Source: Chrysomallon squamiferum (taxonomy: Eukaryota; Animalia; Mollusca). From it: DNA of 64,000 nt. The notes under the pieces were generated by a model. The model did no database searches, was not told the DNA's origin, and was given only the letters and a program-made list of their open reading frames with translations. Position 1 is the first letter of the stretch; every line of letters begins with the position of its first letter. Made by a program: the position numbers and the translations under genes. Shown here piece after piece: positions 22,626-36,967 of this stretch. Where the stretch lies: positions 124,001-188,000 of the forward strand of contig CM022671.1 in NCBI GenBank assembly GCA_012295275.1, written 5' to 3'.

Positions 22626-25365
22626 TAGTCTAGTTACTGTCTAGTAAATCAGTGTAATATAGTTAGTGTAGTCTAGTTACTCTCTAGTAGATCAGTGTAA
22701 TGTAGTTAGTGTAGTCTAGTTACTCTCTAGTAGATCAGTGTAATGTAGTTAGTGTAGTCTAGTTACTCTCTAGTAGATCAGTGTAATGTAGTTAGCGTAG
22801 TGCTGTTTAAGTAGTCTAGTTAGTGTCTAGTAGATCAGTGTAATGTAGTTAGTGTAGTGCTGTTTAAGTAGTCTAGTTACTCTCTAGTAGATCAGTGTAA
22901 TGTAGTTAGTGTAGTGCTGTTTAAGTAGTCTAGTTACTCTCTAGTAGATCAGTGTAATGTAGTTAGTGTAGTGCTGTTTAAGTAGTCTAGTTACTCTCTA
23001 GTAGATCAGTGTAATGTAGTTAGTGTAGTCTAGTTACTCTCTAGTAGATCAGTGTAATGTAGTTAGTGTAGTCTAGTTACTCTCTAGTAGATCAGTGTAA
23101 TGTAGTTAGTGTAGTGCTGTTTAAGTAGTCTAGTTACTCTCTAGTAGATCAGTGTAATGTAGTTAGTGTAGTCTAGTTACTCTCTAGTAGATCAGTGTAA
23201 TGTAGTTAGTGTAGTGCTGTTTAAGTAGTCTAGTTACTGTCTAGTAGATCAGTGTAATGTAGTTAGTGTAGTGTTGTTTAAGTAGTCTAGTTACTCTCTA
23301 GTAGATCAGTGTAATGTAGTTAGTGTAGTGCTGTTTAAGTAGTCTAGTTGATGTCTAGTAGATCAGTGTAATGTAGTTAGTGTAGTCTTGTTACTGTCTA
23401 GTAGATCAGTGTAATGTAGTTAGTGTAGTGTTGTTTAAGTAGTCTAGTTACTCTCTAGTAGATCAGTGTAATGTAGTTAGTGTAGTGCGGTTTAAGTAGT
23501 CTAGTTGCTGTCTAGTAGATCAGTGTAATGTAGTTAGTGTAGTGCTGTTTAAGTAGTCTAGTTGCTGTCTAGTAGATCAGTGTAATGTAGTTAGTGTAGT
23601 GCTGTTTAAGTAGTCTAGTTGCTGTCTAGTAGATCAGTGTAATGTAGTTAGTGTAATGTTGTTTAAGTAGTCTTGTTACTGTCTAGTAGATCAGTGTAAT
23701 GTAGTTAGTGTAGTCTAGTTACTCTCTAGTAGATCAGTGTAATGTAGTTAGTGTAGTCTAGTTACTCTCTAGTAGATCAGTGTAATGTAGTTAGTGTAGT
23801 GCTGTTTAAGTAGTCTAGTTAGTGTCTAGTAGATCAGTGCAATGCTGTTTAAGTAGTCTAGTTACTCTCTAGTAGATCAGTTTAATGTAGTCAGTGTAGT
23901 CTAGTTACTGTCTAGTAAATCAGTGTAATGTAGTTAGTGTAGTGCTGTTTAAGTAGTCTAGTTACTGTCTAGTAGATCAGTGTAATGTAGTTAGTATAGT
24001 TACTGTCTAGTAGATCAGTGTAATGTAGTTAGTGTAGTGCTGTTTAAGTAGTCTAGTTACTGTCTAGTAGATCAGTGTAATGTAGTTAGTATAGTTACTG
24101 TCTAGTAGATCAGTGTAATGTAGTTAGTGTAGTCTAGTTGCTGTCTAGTAGATCAGTGTAATGTAGTTAGTGTAGTCTAGTTGCTGTCTAGTAGATCAGT
24201 GTAATGTAGTTAGTGTAGTGCTGTATCAGTAGTCTAGTTGCTGTCTAGTAGATCAGTGTAATGTAGTTAGTGTAGTCTAGTTACTGTCTAGTAGATCAGT
24301 GTAATGTAGTTAGTGTAGTCTAGTTACTCTCTAGTAGATCAGTGTAATGTAGTTAGTGTAGTGCTGTTTAAGTAGTCTAGTTACTCTCTGGTAGATCAGT
24401 GTAATGTAGTTAGTGTAGTGCTGTTTAAGTAGTCTAGTTACTGTCTAGTAGATCAGTGTAATGTAGTTAGTGTAGTGCTGTTTAAGTAGTCTAGTTACTC
24501 TCTAGTAGATCAGTGTAATGTAGTTAGTGTAGTCTAGTTACTGTCTAGTAGATCAGTGTAATGTAGTTAGTGTAGTGCTGTTTAAGTAGTCTAGTTACTG
24601 TCTAGTAGATCAGTGTAATGTAGTTAGTGTAGTGCTGTTTAAGTAGTCTAGTTACTGTCTAGTAGATCGGTGTAATGTAGTTAGTGTAGTGCTGTTTAAG
24701 TAGTCTAGTTACTCTCTAGTAGATCAGTGTAATGTAGTTAGTGTAGTCTTGTTACTGTCTAGTAGATCAGTGTAATGTAGTTAGTGTAGTGCTGTTTAAG
24801 TAGTCTAGTTGCTGTCTAGTAGATCAGTGTAATGTAGTTAGTCTAGTTACTGTCTAGTAGATCAGTGTAATGTAGTTAGTGTAGTGCTGTTTAAGTAGTC
24901 TAGTTACTCTCTAGTAGATCAGTGTAATGTAGTTAGTGTAGTCTAGTTACTGTCTAGTAGATCAGTGTAATGTAGTTAGTGTAGTGCTGTTTAAGTAGTC
25001 TAGTTAGTGTCTAGTAGATCAGTGTAATGTAGTTAGTGTAGTGCTGTTTAAGTAGTATAGTTACTCTCTAGTAGATCAGTGTAATGTAGTTAGTGTAGTG
25101 CTATTTAAGTAGTCTAGTTACTCTCTAGTAGATCAGTGTAATGTAGTTAGTGTAGTGCTGTTTCAGTAGTCTAGTTACTCTCTAGTAGATCAGTGTAATG
25201 TAGTTAGTGTAGTGCTGTTTAAGTAGTCTAGTTACTCTCTAGTAGATCAGTGTAATGTAGTTAGTGTAGTCTAGTTACTGTCTAGTAGATCAGTGTAATG
25301 TAGTTCGTGTAGTGCTGTTTAAGTAGTCTAGTTACTGTCTAGTGGATCAGTGTAATGTAGTTAGT
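22626..25365. repeat. 43/57-bp satellite array (about 50 units)
   Basis: TAGTCTAGTTACT(C/G)TCTAGTAGATCAGTGTAATGTAGTTAGTG with an optional 14-bp TAGTGCTGTTTAAG module. Confidence 0.96.
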
Positions 25366-26197
25366 CTGCTGCATCACTTATTAATCTAATGCAGTGTGTT
25401 CTAGCGTAACTTAATGTAACTTAGTATCTTATCGCATAGCTAATGTAATCTACATACTTAGTGTGTTATAACGTTGTTTAATGCAATGTGTTTAGTATTT
25501 TGTAGCGTCGTTTAATGTAATGTAGTTAGTGTGTTGTAATGTCATTTAATGTAATGCGGTTAGTGTATTGTCGCTTTCTTTAATGTAATGTATTATGATT
25601 TTTGTAGCATTGTTTAATGTAAAGTAATCTTATAGAACAATGAAAAATGATGCAACAGTTTGGTAAACTAAGTAATTATAACGATGACTTGTAGTTGTTT
25701 TGTTATTTCTATATAATGATATATTTAGTGTGTCTTTTTTTCCTTACTGCAAAACCGTACTTTTAAATAATAAATATTAAAACAACAACAACAAAACAAC
25801 AATAATGAACAGATAGATAGAGAGAGAGACAGATGAATGTATGGATGGATAAGAATTTGAAAATCAGTCATTGATCAGTAGATTCATATACTGAGAGAAA
25901 GACAGGTAAATCGACTAAATGACAGATACAGACATAGACACACACATGAACATACATGATAGGTCGATATCAGTCAAATATAACGAAATTTTCATTTCTC
26001 TAACAGGCTTATTTGACTGATCTATCAGCTACAAATGGTAGCATACTTAGCTGTATAGATTATTCCTGTCTTTTATTTAATTTTGAATCCGCATACAAAT
26101 TATTGTACATCTCTTATTTCATTTCATGAGTGCATTTTTGTTCGTAACATTCTTCTTATTATTACTATAGTTGTTGTAATATTCCATGATTGGAAAA

Positions 26198-26244
<47 letters not shown>

Positions 26245-26947
26245 TGCATGTTTATAGACTTTTGAAATTGATTATTATATTTAATGTTAAATTGTAAAAC
26301 ATTAAATAAGTGTAACCCAGTTTAGGATATCTACATACCGAAATAAAATCACTAGCTCAAATCTCTCCCTCTGACAATGGAGATTCATAAATCAGAGATC
26401 TGAAAGGGATTTCGTTGTATAAGCCGGAAATCGGGTATTGCAGAAATGCTGTGGAAACACGTGTTTATGGTTTATTTTGCTCTTGTGAAAAGTGGGTAGA
26501 CGGCGAAAAGTAAACATGCATTTTCTTCAGAAGTAGCTGTAATTGCGTCATCGAGTAATAATAATAATAATAATAATATAGGCAAGAGTGTACGTGCAGT
26601 AATACCTGTCTAATATCTCAGTATTTACATGAAGTAAAATTAAGCTTCACTTGCATCTGTTCAGAAAGGGTCTTAATGACATTTCTGAGCTGTGAGATTA
26701 GATAACTTAGACCGTGCAGTGTTACGTGCTCTGTCTATGCTGTCTGTGTCAGTGAGTTTCTCGTACATGTAACTACAGAGCAGAGCCTAACACAGGCACA
26801 ATAATCAAATTTTGTCTAATTAATACAGCCAATTCAGCTCTGCTGAAATAGAGAGTTATATTTTAAATAATTATCATTTGTTTGAGTCTTTTATTCCATA
26901 ATACCTATTTGAATTCTATTTTTAAATAAAAAGTAATCAGTGATCTT

Positions 26948-27066
<119 letters not shown>

Positions 27067-27627
27067 ATATCTATAATCAGAAACCAAAATGCTAATAAAT
27101 CATTAGCTATTTGGTTATTGATTATAGATATGGTCTAATATTGATTTTATATTAATCAAAAGCAGTGAACTCAGGCACACATGTTACCATTTTATATTCT
27201 ACTCGAGTTTTCCATTCACATTTCTACACAAACGAGCAATTTTCTTTTTAAACTATAAAAGGATATGTTAAACAGCTACTGATTATTATTATCACTAATG
27301 TCCATTTATAGTACTTCATTATCATAATTTATTCCGTCATGTTGTAAATGATCAATATTCATTTCTAGCGCATAAAGAAAAGATTTCTGTAAGGATTAAA
27401 ATATTAGACACTTTAATTATACTGTAGATGAATTATTCTTTTCGAAATGTTGGAATAAATAAAGATTTGAAACACGTTTCACAGTTTAATAGATGAACAA
27501 AATTAATAGTTTGAATCATATATATTCTCAAAATATATGTTTAAAATTATTCTTCACTGAAACTGCTTGTTATGAAGAGGTTCTGCTGTATGTCCGCGTT
27601 TCGTATGTTGCTACTGCGACTCGTGAT

Positions 27628-28074
27628 ACTACTGTTACCACTACTGTTACCACTACTATTACCACTGCTATTACCACTGCTATTACCACTGCTATTACCA
27701 CTACTATTACCACTACTGTTACCACTACTATTACCACTGCTATTACCACTGCTATTACCACTGCTATTACCACTGCTATTACCACTACTGTTACCATTGC
27801 TATTACCACTACTATTACCACTACTGTTACCACTACTATTACCACTGCTATTACCACTGCTATTACCACTGCTATTACCACTACTGTTACCACTACTGTT
27901 ACACTACTATTACCACTGCTATTACCACTGCTATTACCACTGCTATTACCACTGCTATTACCACTACTGTTACCACTACTATTACCACTGCTATTACCAC
28001 TGCTATTACCACTACTATTACCACTACTATTACCACTGCTATTACCACTACTATTACCACTACTATTATCACTA
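27628..28074. repeat. 12-bp minisatellite ACT(G/A)CT(A/G)TTACC
   Basis: About 37 copies with one phase slip near 27900. Confidence 0.94.
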
Positions 28075-29169
28075 CAGGAATGTGATCTAACATTTTTAAG
28101 CAGCATTTAAGTGAATTAATTTACTGCAATAACTTTTTATTCTTTACAAATGAATTTATGTTGTGCTGTGCTTTCGTAGGTTGTATAAATCCATGTGTAT
28201 TATATAGTTTTCGAAGCTACCTGTGAGTTGTATTTGTGTGAAATTGTATGTATTATAAAACTGTCAGAGGTTTCTGTGAAATCGTATACAAAATACAGCT
28301 GTCAGTTTCTATGTCTCGTATTTGTATGAAATTGTATGCATTATACAAACCGTCATGGCTTTATGTAAGTTATATTTGTGTGAATTAGTGTGTGTGGTTT
28401 TTTTTTAATCATTAGAATTTATTACTATATTAATTTTTAAAGAATTATTATGTGTTTTTATTTGTGTATTCCATTTTCGGTATGCAAATTTCAATGTTTT
28501 TATATGTGAGTGCGTAAAAATGTATAAAGATATATGGATATATATGTGTATGTGTCTGGGGTTTTTTGTATTTTTGCGTATGTTTATGTGTGTAGATTTC
28601 AACACTACCGATTTACATAATGTAGAATTTAAAAAAAAAAAATGTTATCATTATTATTATTTTTTTTTTTTTTTGTTTTTTTAGAAATTTACATACTTAA
28701 AAGATATATAGATGTTTTATTATTATTAATGTTTTATTATTTTTGTTGCTTTCGAAATAGGAAATATTTATTCTAATCGGTCTTTTAATTCTTCATTCAT
28801 AATTTTAATATTTCTGGCTATGAAAGCGGTATTAGACAAAAATATTCTGATTGCTTACTACAAGTTTTATATTCCTGATGCTTAGTTTTACAATGTATGC
28901 ATGTGAGTGTATGTATGTATGTGTATGTATGTAAGAATGCATAATCTATATGTATGTATGTATGTATGTACGTGTGTATTTGAATGTTTGTATGTGTGTA
29001 TGTATATACGCATGTGTGTAAATGAATTGATATGTACATGTATATGTATTTTTGTATGTATGTATGCATGCATGTATGTATACGTGTCTGTGGGCCTGTA
29101 TGTGCGGATGTATGTGTGAATGTATGTGTGTGTATGTGTGTGATGAATAGAGAGAAAGACAGACAAACA

Positions 29170-31512
29170 GACATACAGTTGTTATACGTAGTTATACCTG
29201 AGTCACAGATAAACTCACACACAGACACACAGACATACAGTTGTAATACGTAGTTATACCTGAGTCACAGATAAACTCACACACAGACACACAGGCATAC
29301 AGTTGTTATACGTACTTATACCTGAGTCACAGATAAACTCACACACAGACACACAGACATACAGTTGTTATACGTAGTTATACCTGAGTCACAGATAAAC
29401 TCACACACAGACACACAGACATACAGTTGTTATACGTAGTTATACCTGAGTCACAGATAAACTCAGACACAGAAAAACAGACATACAGTTGTTATACGTA
29501 GTTATACCTGAGTCACACATAAACTCACACACAGACACACAGGCATACAGTTGTTATACGTAGTTATACCTGAGTCACAGATAAACTCACACACAGACAC
29601 ACAGGCATACAGTTGTTATACGTAGTTATACCTGAGTCACAGATAAACTCACACACAGACACACAGACATACAGTTGTTATACGTAGTTATACCTGAGTC
29701 ACAGATAAACTGACACACAGACACACAGACATACAGTTGTTATACGTTGTTATACCTGAGTCACAGATAAACTCACAGACATACAGTTGTTATACGTAGT
29801 TATACCTGAGTCACAGATAAACTAACACACAGACACACAGACATACAGTTGTTATACGTAGTTATACCTGAGTCACAGATAAACTCACACACAGACACAC
29901 AGACATACAGTTGTTATACGTAGTTATACCTGAGTCACAGATAAACTCACACACAGACATACAGTTGTTATACGTAGTTATACCTGAGTCACAGATAAAC
30001 TCACACACAGACACACAGACATACAGTTGTTATACGTAGTTATACCTGAGTCACAGATAAACTCACACACAGACATACAGTTGTTATACGTAGTTATACC
30101 TGAGTCACAGATAAACTCAGAGACATACAGTTGTTATACGTAGTTATACCTGAGTCACAGATAAACTCACACACAAACACACAGACATACAGTTGTTATA
30201 CGTAGTTATACCTGAGTCACAGATAAACTCACACACAGACACACAGACATACAGTTGTTATACGTAGTTATACCTGAGTCACAGATAAACTCAGAGACAT
30301 ACAGTTGTTATACGTAGTTATACCTGAGTCACAGATAAACTCACACACAGACACACAGACATACAGTTGTTATACGTAGTTATACCTGAGTCACAGATAA
30401 ACTCACACACAGACATACAGTTGTTATACGTAGTTATACCTGAGTCACAGATAAACTCACAGACATACAGTTGTTATACGTAGTTATAGCTGAGTCACAA
30501 ATAAACTCACACATAGACACACAGACATACAGTTGTTATACGTAGTTATACCTGAGTCACAGATAAACTCACACACAGACACACAGACATACAGTTGTTA
30601 TACGTAGTTATAGCTGAGTCACAAATAAACTCACACATAGACACACAGACATACAGTTGTTATACATAGATATACCTGAATCACAGATAAACTCAGAGAC
30701 ATACAGTTGTTATACGTAGTTATACCTGAGTCACAGATAAACTCACACACAAACACACAGACATACAGTTGTTATACGTAGTTATACCTGAGTCACAGAT
30801 AAACTCACACACAGACACACAGACATACAGTTGTTATACGTAGTTATACCTGAGTCACAGATAAACTCAGAGACATACAGTTGTTATACGTAGTTATACC
30901 TGAGTCACAGATAAACTCACACACAGACACACAGACATACAGTTGTTATACGTAGTTATACCTGAGTCACAGATAAACTCAGAGACATACAGTTGTTATA
31001 CGTAGTTATACCTGAGTCACAGATAAACTCAGAGACATACAGTTGTTATACGTAGTTATACCTGAGTCACAGATAAACTGACACACAGACACACAGACAT
31101 ACAGTTGTTATACGTAGTTATACCTGAGTCACAGATAAACTCAGAGACATACAGTTGTTATACGTAGTTATACCTGAGTCACAGATAAACTCAGAGACAT
31201 ACAGTTGTTATACGTAGTTATACCTGAGTCACAGATAAACTCAGAGACATACAGTTGTTATACGTAGTTATACCTGAGTCACAGATAAACTCACACAGAC
31301 ACACAGACATACAGTTGTTATACGTAGTTATACCTGAGTCACAGATAAACTCAGAGACATACAGTTGTTATACGTAGTTATACCTGAGTCACAGATAAAC
31401 TCACACACAGACATACAGTTGTTATACGTAGTTATACCTGAGTCACAGATAAACTCACACACAGACATACAGTTGTTATACGTAGTTATACCTGAGTCAC
31501 AGATAAACTCAG
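29170..31512. repeat. 50-62-bp minisatellite (about 40 units) with a constant core and a variable CA/GACA linker
   Basis: GACATACAGTTGTTATACGTAGTTATACCTGAGTCACAGATAAACTCA plus a variable (CA)n(GACACACA) linker. Confidence 0.96.
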
Positions 31513-31637
31513 ACAGCTATGACCGTCAGAGATACGCTAAGCAGAGACTGAAATATTCAGATTTATTTATTTATTTATTTATATTTGTTTTATTATTTTT
31601 TATTGATCAGTAGAATAATATTTGAGCTGCGACATTA

Positions 31638-31684
31638 CTGCAGGGAACTGCAGGGAACTGCCAGGGAACTGCAGAGAACTGCAG
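31638..31684. repeat. 10-bp tandem CTGCAGGGAA, about 4 copies
   Basis: Direct reading. Confidence 0.7.
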
Positions 31685-33338
31685 TTAACATCTGAGTTGT
31701 TCTGGGTGAGTGAGCGGGCGACACGGCGAGTAGAACACGTCAGACCTTGTTCTGTTTTGTAACACGAAATTTAAAATGAATTTCTTTCTCTCTCATTCCG
31801 TGGGAACTTTAGTTATTGCGGTGTGCATTTTTAGTACCTCTTACCTTTACTTATTTCTTTCCCCCACCCCTCTTTCAGTATAGATAGATATTAAAGTTCT
31901 TTGACCTAGCTTTACAATATGTTAACAGTGAAGTAACTATACACGAGTTTAATGCTTTGACCTACATCTAGCACAGCCATAGCAACACTACGTATAATTT
32001 CAATAGAGTTTCAGTTTTTTGTTGCTAGTTTTTTTCTTTCAAGGCAATGAACCGCATGGTTTATATTATGTCTTTGTTACAGCTGTCTGGATAAACATGT
32101 TTCCTATTCATCAAGCTTTTTCTACTAACATACGTAGTTATTAGAATATGTTGTCGGCCATTTTGGTTTCTTGCTAATAATGATGTTGTTTTAGAGAATA
32201 AACATGTAACTCTTGTGATCCAAGCACAGTCTCTTGATACAGCTTTTATCTGACAGCCCAGTACACCGCCTCGATGTGATAAACATCTACATTTTATTTT
32301 TATTTAACTAAGATGGGTGAGTCATAATGATAATGTATATAAGATAAATTTTATATATTTTTTACTGATATAAAAAAAGTTCTATTGACCAAAATATGAT
32401 AATACATCAATAACGAAAACACGATATACCGTGTTATATTTATAATAAAGAGGTTATTATTGTTCGACCTTGTTAAGATAAACAGTTTCTGCAGTTTGAT
32501 TTGATTTTCATTTTAATAAAGTTGATGAGGTTTTAATAAAATTTTACGTGTGATAAAAAAAATGTTTTATACTTTTAACTGACGTAACAAAAGTTTCATT
32601 CACTAAGAGATGTAAATACGTCTTGGGTTAAACTTCACTAACAGCGTCTGAATTAAATTCTATTTACATTCAGGCCTCTGTCTACGTGCTCAGAGGAGAC
32701 ACATGCACGTGCTGATTTCATCTCTTGCATTATGTATTCCATCATATTGCAATTTAAGTGCTAGACGTAGAGAATTAACATAATTTTATTAATATATGCG
32801 AAATTAACGTGTTTGATGTTCACTTTGCAGACAGATGTATACATTAAAAAATGATTATATCCACTGTGCTTAAATTAATAAAATTATGTTAGTAAACTAG
32901 TTTCGTTTTAACAGAAATTCCATTTAGCTTCATCTTAACACGCATATATTGTAAAAGTTTACAAACCACACTTTGACAAAGTTTCTTAAAATGTGTTATG
33001 TAGCTTCGTTTCTTGATATTTCAGGTTTTCTCTGAAGGTTTATATTCAATTGTTACCCCTCTTTTCTAAGACACAGGGCCATTTTCACACAATTTAATAC
33101 GTATGCTATGATGTATTTTTAATTTGTTTTCAAAATTTCAGTAAAAGACGTTTTAGTTACATGTTTAAACAGTTTTAATATATGTTTGAATAAGTTATAC
33201 TGCAGACAGGTTTTCCACAAATGCTTATATTCAGACGTGTTTCCACAAAACAAATACTGGGACGTATTTTCACAAAACGTATTCTTAATTTGTCTACCCA
33301 CTAGCAGAGTTTACTGAGATGTCTTTCCACAGATACAA

Positions 33339-34180
33339 TGGAACGTACTTTACAACCACACACACTGGAACGTAGTTTTACAACCACAAACACTGGAACG
33401 TAGTTTTACAACCACACACACTGGAACGTAGTTTTACAACCACAGACATTGGAACGTAGTTTTACAACCACATACATTGGAACGTAGTTTTACAACCACA
33501 CACACTGGAACGTAGTTTTACAACCACAAACACTGGAACGTAGTTTTACAACCACATACATTGGAACGTAGTTTTACAACCACACACACTGGAACGTAGT
33601 TTTACAACCACACACACTGGAACGTAGTTTTACAACCACAAACACTGGAACGTAGTTTTACAACCACAAACACTGGAACGTAGTTTTACAACCACACACA
33701 CTGGAACGTAGTTTTACAACCACAGACATTGGAACGTAGTTTTACAACCACACACACTGGAACGTAGTTTTACAACCACACACACTGGAACGTAGTTTTA
33801 CAACCACACACACTGGAACGTAGTTTTACAACCACAAACACTGGAACGTAGTTTTACAACCACAAACACTGGAACGTAGTTTTACAACCACAAACACTGG
33901 AACGTAATTTTACAACCACATACATTGGAACGTAGTTTTACAACCACACACACTGGAACGTAGTTTTACAACCACATACACTGGAACGTAGTTTTACAAC
34001 CACATACATTGGAACGTAGTTTTACAACCACACACACTGGAACGTAGTTTTACAACCACACACATTGGAACGTAGTTTTACAACCTCACACACTGGAACG
34101 CAGTTTTACAACAACATACATTGGAACGTAGTTTTACAACAACATACATTGGAACGCAGTTTTACAACAACATATACTGG
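33339..34180. repeat. 28-bp minisatellite (about 30 copies)
   Basis: GGAACGTAGTTTTACAACCACA(C/A/T/G)ACA(C/T)T; degenerate copies on both flanks. Confidence 0.96.
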
Positions 34181-36425
34181 GACCTACGTCCACAAAAAGT
34201 ATCCTTCTTCACATTTTCGATGCAGTGCTATTTTTGTTAAAGTTTTGCTTTAGTTACCATGTAATGTGATGTTTTTAGGTATTGTTTTATATGAAGTGTG
34301 CACTGGTTTCCTAAAATTAGATAGGTTTTCCACAAAGGCTTATGCTGGAACGTATTTTAAGAAATATGGAAAGTGGAACGTTTTTTTATAAATATTATAC
34401 TGGGACGTACTTTTACAGAAAAAAAAACATTTTCTTAAAACCTTTGCTAAAGTTATATGTGCTTAGCGATGTATTCTGCAAGCAATTTTAATACGAAGCC
34501 TTATAACAATGTTGCATGCACTTTTAGTATGTTCCGCCTGGATACACGTTCACATAACACATACAGAGTGACGCATTTTCACAAAGAGAAATTCAGAGTT
34601 AAATGTACCATACATCGGTATCGTGGTTACAGGTCTCACGCTATGGCGTTTTTTCTAAATAGAAGGTTGTTAGGGTAGACACTTGGTGTTACAGAAAATT
34701 AGTCGTGCGTGCCTTGGCCAAACAATTCTGATCCAAGCAGGTTTTTACCGGTTTTATCTAGTTTCTAATATTGTATTTTTACACCATTGTAGTCTCGTAT
34801 CCTGAACATAGATATATTTTTTTCCTTTTTTGTTAAAAAGAAAAAAGAGAGACATACTTGCGTTTGTTTTATGTGATGTTTATATATAGTACATTTAGTA
34901 CATGTAGTAGATACAGGCAACGCGGTAAAAGTGAAGTATATTGGTATTCGTTGTAAACTTTGGTGTATGTATATACTCGTTGTAAATTCACTTTTTATAA
35001 ATCAGACACTGTATGTGTGTGCGTGTGTGTGTGTGTGTGCCCATATTTGTTATAAATGAGATGTATGTAGATAATGTTGCATATACGATGTATACAGGTG
35101 TACGCTGATGTGTTGTAACGTATATATTGTAACCCTTTATACAGGTGTATGTCGTGAATGGTTACGTACATAGGTATATATTTTTTCATTTTTTCACGCA
35201 TTTATTAACACCTTTTTCTCTTGGACATGGCGATGTGTGACAAAAAGAACAAACATTTCATTGCTGGCAATAATTGCTAACGTGAGACACTAGTGACCCT
35301 ATAAAGTCACGTTTTTTTTCTTCTTCTTAAAACAGAATCACAATAACAATCCGATCTGTGCCTTGATAATGAAAGAAATTGAATACTTCAAAATAATCTG
35401 CGCATAGAAAAAGAGATACTGATGGCAGATACGGATCCGAAATTTCACGATATATATCAAGATTAAATGAGATTCATTACACAGAAGACAAAAGCTACGC
35501 ACTGCATGGGCTGTTACAAGATTTCAATCGGGGATGAATATAAATTTCAAGGTGAAATAATCTTCACTGTAATGATAGAGTACAAAACAGCAGTCCTATT
35601 TCACCCTTCAAAACCAGTCCAAAAATAACTTTACAGTGTATTTCTCAGATTTCACGTGTGGTACGTACATAACATGGCGCACTATGTCTGAGTAGTTGAT
35701 GTACATATCTTGATACATTGTGCGTTGAAGAGGTAGTGTGTCTGTGTGTGAGTGTATGTGTGTGTATGTATGTGTGTAGCGATGTGTTTGAGTGTATGTG
35801 TGTGTATGTCTGTGTATAAGTATATGTATGTGTGTGTGTATGTGTGAGTGTATGTGTGAGTGTATGTGTGTGTGTATGTCTGTGTGTGAGTATATATGTG
35901 TGTAGATATGCGTGTGTGTGTATGTATGTGAGTATAATACAATATAATGTTTGTATAATACTATATTATAATATTTTAATAATACTATGCAATATTTATA
36001 TAAAACCATATTATATTTGTATAATACTGTATTATAATATTTATATAATATTATGCAATATTTTATATTATTGAATAATATTTGTATAATACTATATATA
36101 CATTAGTGTAGTTATTATGTATGGTGAATGATGCAGATGGTGCATGTTTATATAACATATGCTGTTTATTTTGCATATAATGCGAACATGTGTAGTAATA
36201 TGTAAATATTGTTCAAAATAATACATACAGGTATTATACGCCTATATACCATGTGTTGTAAATATACCGAAAACATGAAGAAGATGAATATACTGCGGAT
36301 ACGTTACAATAAATGTGAAATAATAACGTTCAGCTGTAAATATGAAATGTTAACGTATAACAATAATAGATGTGAAATATTATTTTTTTGCGTACAAAAA
36401 TCGTAAATGTGAATTAGTTAGGTAC

Positions 36426-36967
36426 ATACATCAACAGTAGGTTTTCAGAATCAACGCACAACAATAGTGAGTCTGAAATAATAACGTACATCAACAGTAG
36501 GTTTTCAGAATCAACGCACAACAATAGTGAGTCTGAAATAATAACGTACATCAACAGTAGGTTTTCAGAATCAACGCACAACAATAGTGAGTCTGAAATA
36601 ATAACGTACATCAACAGTAGGTTTTCAGAATCAACGCACAACAATAGTGACTCTGAAATAATAACGTACATCAACAGTTTTTCAGATTCAACGCACAACA
36701 ATAGTGAGTCTGAAATAATAACGTACATCAACAGTAGGTTTTCAGAATCAACGCACAACAATAGTGAGTCTGAAATAATAACGTACATCAACAGTAGGTT
36801 TTCAGAATCAACGCACAACAATAGTGAGTCTGAAATAATAACGTACATCAACAGTAGGTTTTCAGAATCAACGCACAACAATAGTGAGTCTGAAATAATA
36901 ACGTACATCAACAGTAGGTTTTCAGAATCAACGCACAACAATAGTGAGTCTGAAATAATAACGTACA
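36426..36967. repeat. 60-bp minisatellite, 9 near-perfect copies
   Basis: ACGTACATCAACAGTAGGTTTTCAGAATCAACGCACAACAATAGTGAGTCTGAAATAATA. Confidence 0.96.

Noticed and set aside
27493-28110. 205-aa Thr-rich, mucin-like ORF (TTAI)n and overlapping ORFs
   Set aside because: Translation of a 12-bp minisatellite; the frame slips mid-array to (LLP)n; no signal peptide or convincing splice context.
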